A stretch of 31,598 nt of DNA from Burkholderiales bacterium (lineage in GTDB: Bacteria; Pseudomonadota; Gammaproteobacteria; Burkholderiales; SG8-39). The stretch is from assembly GCA_041576355.1 (NCBI GenBank), contig JBFGLA010000001.1, positions 1 to 31,598 on the forward strand. Reading direction: 5' to 3'. Numbering within the stretch: the first letter of the stretch is position 1; each line of letters opens with the position of its first letter. A program made the translations under genes and the position numbers. The notes beneath the pieces were generated by a model. That model was not told the origin of the DNA. It searched no databases and saw only the letters and a list, made by a program, of their open reading frames with translations. Of this stretch, positions 29,748 through 31,598 are shown one piece after another.

Positions 29748-29951
29748 ATGCGTACGAACATCGTGCTCGACGACAAGCTCGTCCGGGAAGCCATGAAGAT
29801 CGCCAACGTGAAGACCAAGCGCGAGGCGGTGCACATCGCGCTCGCCCGTTTCGTGCGCAACGGGCGGCAGAGACGCTTGCTCGAGCTTCACGGGACCGGC
29901 GGCGTGCGCAAGGACTACGACTACAAGCAGGCTCGGTCTGCGGGCGGATGA
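29748..29951 (+). CDS. vapB: Type II TA antitoxin, VapB family (RHH)
   Basis: MRTNIVLDDKLVREAM...TKREAVHIAL; ATGA overlap with the PIN toxin. Confidence 0.9.
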   Translation: MRTNIVLDDKLVREAMKIANVKTKREAVHIALARFVRNGRQRRLLELHGTGGVRKDYDYKQARSAGG

Positions 29952-30355
29952 TTCTGGTGGACACCTCCGTGTGGGTGCACTACCTGCGCGGGGAAGCCAC
30001 AGCGCACGTCCGGGTGCTGAAGGACCTGCTCGCGGGTGAGGAAATCGTCGGCACGGCACCGATCATCCTGCAGGAAATCCTGCAAGGCGCCGACTCGGAG
30101 GAGCGCTTCGAGACCTGGCGCCGTTACTTCGCCGACCTCTGGTGCTATGCGCCCGAGCACCCGGTCGAGACGCACATCGCGGCGGCCAGGCTCTACCAGG
30201 CCTGCCGACGCGCAGGCAAGACGCCCCGCAGCAGCAACGACTGCCTGATCGCGCAAATCGCGATCGAGAACAAGCTCGCGCTGCTGCACAACGACCGCGA
30301 TTTCGACGCTATCGCGAGTGTCGTGCGCGAATTGAAGCTGCATCCGGCTATGTAG
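29948..30355 (+). CDS. vapC: Type II TA toxin, VapC PIN-domain ribonuclease
   Basis: ILVDTSVW, LQEILQG, SNDCLIA, LHNDRDF: the PIN acidic residues are intact. Confidence 0.93.
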   Translation: MILVDTSVWVHYLRGEATAHVRVLKDLLAGEEIVGTAPIILQEILQGADSEERFETWRRYFADLWCYAPEHPVETHIAAARLYQACRRAGKTPRSSNDCLIAQIAIENKLALLHNDRDFDAIASVVRELKLHPAM

Positions 30356-30388
30356 CGACGCCGAATGCTGGCCTCGCTCGCATCGGCT

Positions 30389-30901
30389 TCATTGCGCGCT
30401 TAACTGCATCTCCGGTAGCCAGATGAGGTCGGTTACCCCGGGATCGATGCCGCGCTGCATGAGCAGGGTCGTGAGCTGTCCGCGGTGGTGCGTCTGGTGG
30501 TTGAAGAAATGCGTCACCGCGAACCACAGCGGATAGCGCCGCGGCTTCGGATTCACCACGCTCGTGTACGACAGCTCCCCTGCCAGGCTTTGCTCCGACA
30601 GAGAGGCAACCCACTGCACGATCGCGCTATCGGTCGCCGTGCGCTCGGCGCGCAGCTGGGCAAAATCGGAGTAAAGCTCCTCGTCCAGCGACTTCACCGC
30701 GAACGGCTTGCCGATAAAGCGGCCGAGCCAGAGCCGATCGCCGAGCAGCAGGTGATTCAGCGTGCCGTGGATCGACTTGAAGAACGCGCCGGTGTCGCGC
30801 TTGCGCTCGGCGTCGGAGAGCCTCGCGCAGCAGTCGTACAGTCGGTCGTTCATCCACCGGTTGTAGGAAGCCATGGTGCGGGCGTGGTTCGGGGAGATCA
30901 C
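30389..30901 (-). CDS. DinB/YfiT-superfamily putative metalloprotein
   Basis: MASYNRWMNDRLY, FFKSIHGTLNHLLLGD, HFFNHQTHHRGQLTTLL...PGVTDL; GTG start at 30901. Confidence 0.9.
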   Translation of the reverse strand: MISPNHARTMASYNRWMNDRLYDCCARLSDAERKRDTGAFFKSIHGTLNHLLLGDRLWLGRFIGKPFAVKSLDEELYSDFAQLRAERTATDSAIVQWVASLSEQSLAGELSYTSVVNPKPRRYPLWFAVTHFFNHQTHHRGQLTTLLMQRGIDPGVTDLIWLPEMQLSAQ

Positions 30902-30990
30902 GGAGCGAAGGATACGCCCATGGCCGACCCTCGGAGCGCTACACTGTCGGCTCTCGATCGACCGCGCCACGACTTCCGCGGAGAAGACAC

Positions 30991-31598
30991 ATGAGCGCCT
31001 TGCGCCGGTATGGAATCGCGACACTGGCCGCGTCGCTGCTGACGGCAGTCCCGCCTCTGTCAAGCGCCGCCGACTGGCCCGGCTACGAAAAATTGACGCG
31101 CGCGCAGGTGCTGCAAGTGCTCGCCGGTGCATCGAGCGCAGCACCCGCGAGCTTCTACGCCAAGAACCTCTCCAACCTGGACCTCTCTGGCATCGACTTC
31201 AAGGGCGCCGACCTGAGTGCGGCGGTCCTGAACCGAAGCAACCTCACCGGCGCCAACCTTTCCGGCTGCAACCTCACCGTCAGCTTCGCCGAAGGCGCGA
31301 ACTTCACCGACGCCGACCTGCGCGGCGCCATGATGTTCTCGATGCAGCTCCAGGGCGCGATCCTGAAGGGGGCGAACCTGCTCGGCGCGCGCTTCATCGG
31401 CGACCTGCGGCGAGCGAATTTGGAGAACGCGGTGCTGTCGAAGATGGACGGCGCCGCCGATATGAAGAACCAATCGATGGGGCTCATGCGGGCGAATGTC
31501 GTGTCGGCGAACGCGAGGGGCGCCGATCTCTCGGGCGCTGACTTCTCGCGCGCAGATTTCAGCTTCTCCGACCTCTCCGGAGCCAACCTCTCCGACGC
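30991..31598 (+). CDS. Exported pentapeptide-repeat protein (3' end runs off the window)
   Basis: Manual translation MSALRRYGIATLAASLLTAVPPLSSAADWPG... followed by A(D/N)LxG-type repeats (ADLSA, ANLSG, ADLRG, ADLSG, ADFSR); GGAG SD. Confidence 0.9.
   Translation, partial: MSALRRYGIATLAASLLTAVPPLSSAADWPGYEKLTRAQVLQVLAGASSAAPASFYAKNLSNLDLSGIDFKGADLSAAVLNRSNLTGANLSGCNLTVSFAEGANFTDADLRGAMMFSMQLQGAILKGANLLGARFIGDLRRANLENAVLSKMDGAADMKNQSMGLMRANVVSANARGADLSGADFSRADFSFSDLSGANLSD

Noticed and set aside
28094-29860. 588-aa ORF suggesting a long N-terminal extension of the beta-barrel
   Set aside because: The extension overlaps DUF4197 in another frame and vapB antisense and is Arg/Gly/Ala-rich noise; the signal peptide begins at 28873
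1-31598. CRISPR arrays, tRNA/rRNA, riboswitches, IS elements, prophage genes
   Set aside because: No regularly spaced repeats, cloverleaf motifs, transposases or phage genes were recognisable; intergenic gaps are mostly under 150 bp. A covariance-model scan (Infernal/Rfam) was not possible

Overview
High-GC bacterial chromosome segment; gene content and order (ubiE-Tim44-ubiJ-ubiB, DUF3683 oxidoreductase, BPSS1780-thrB-DUF2782-LOG/polA, VanZ-ferredoxin-hydrolase) point to a Betaproteobacterium. About 29 genes, with a PAS/GAF-GGDEF-EAL gene truncated at the left edge and a pentapeptide-repeat gene truncated at the right. Bases 1-24.7 kb are mostly core genes. After polA comes a more accessory-looking block: tctB-tctA without tctC, an AlkB-family di-iron monooxygenase without rubredoxin, an uncharacterised outer-membrane beta-barrel coupled to DUF4197, vapBC, a DinB-family gene and an exported pentapeptide protein. 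Best leads are (i) the barrel/DUF4197/AlkB/TctAB cluster as a possible hydrophobic-substrate uptake and oxidation module, (ii) a Pho box overlapping the divergent ubiE promoter, (iii) a FimW-like c-di-GMP receptor, and (iv) several probable leaderless genes. No rRNA, tRNA, CRISPR array or mobile element was seen. All family calls are by eye from motifs; no database search was run.
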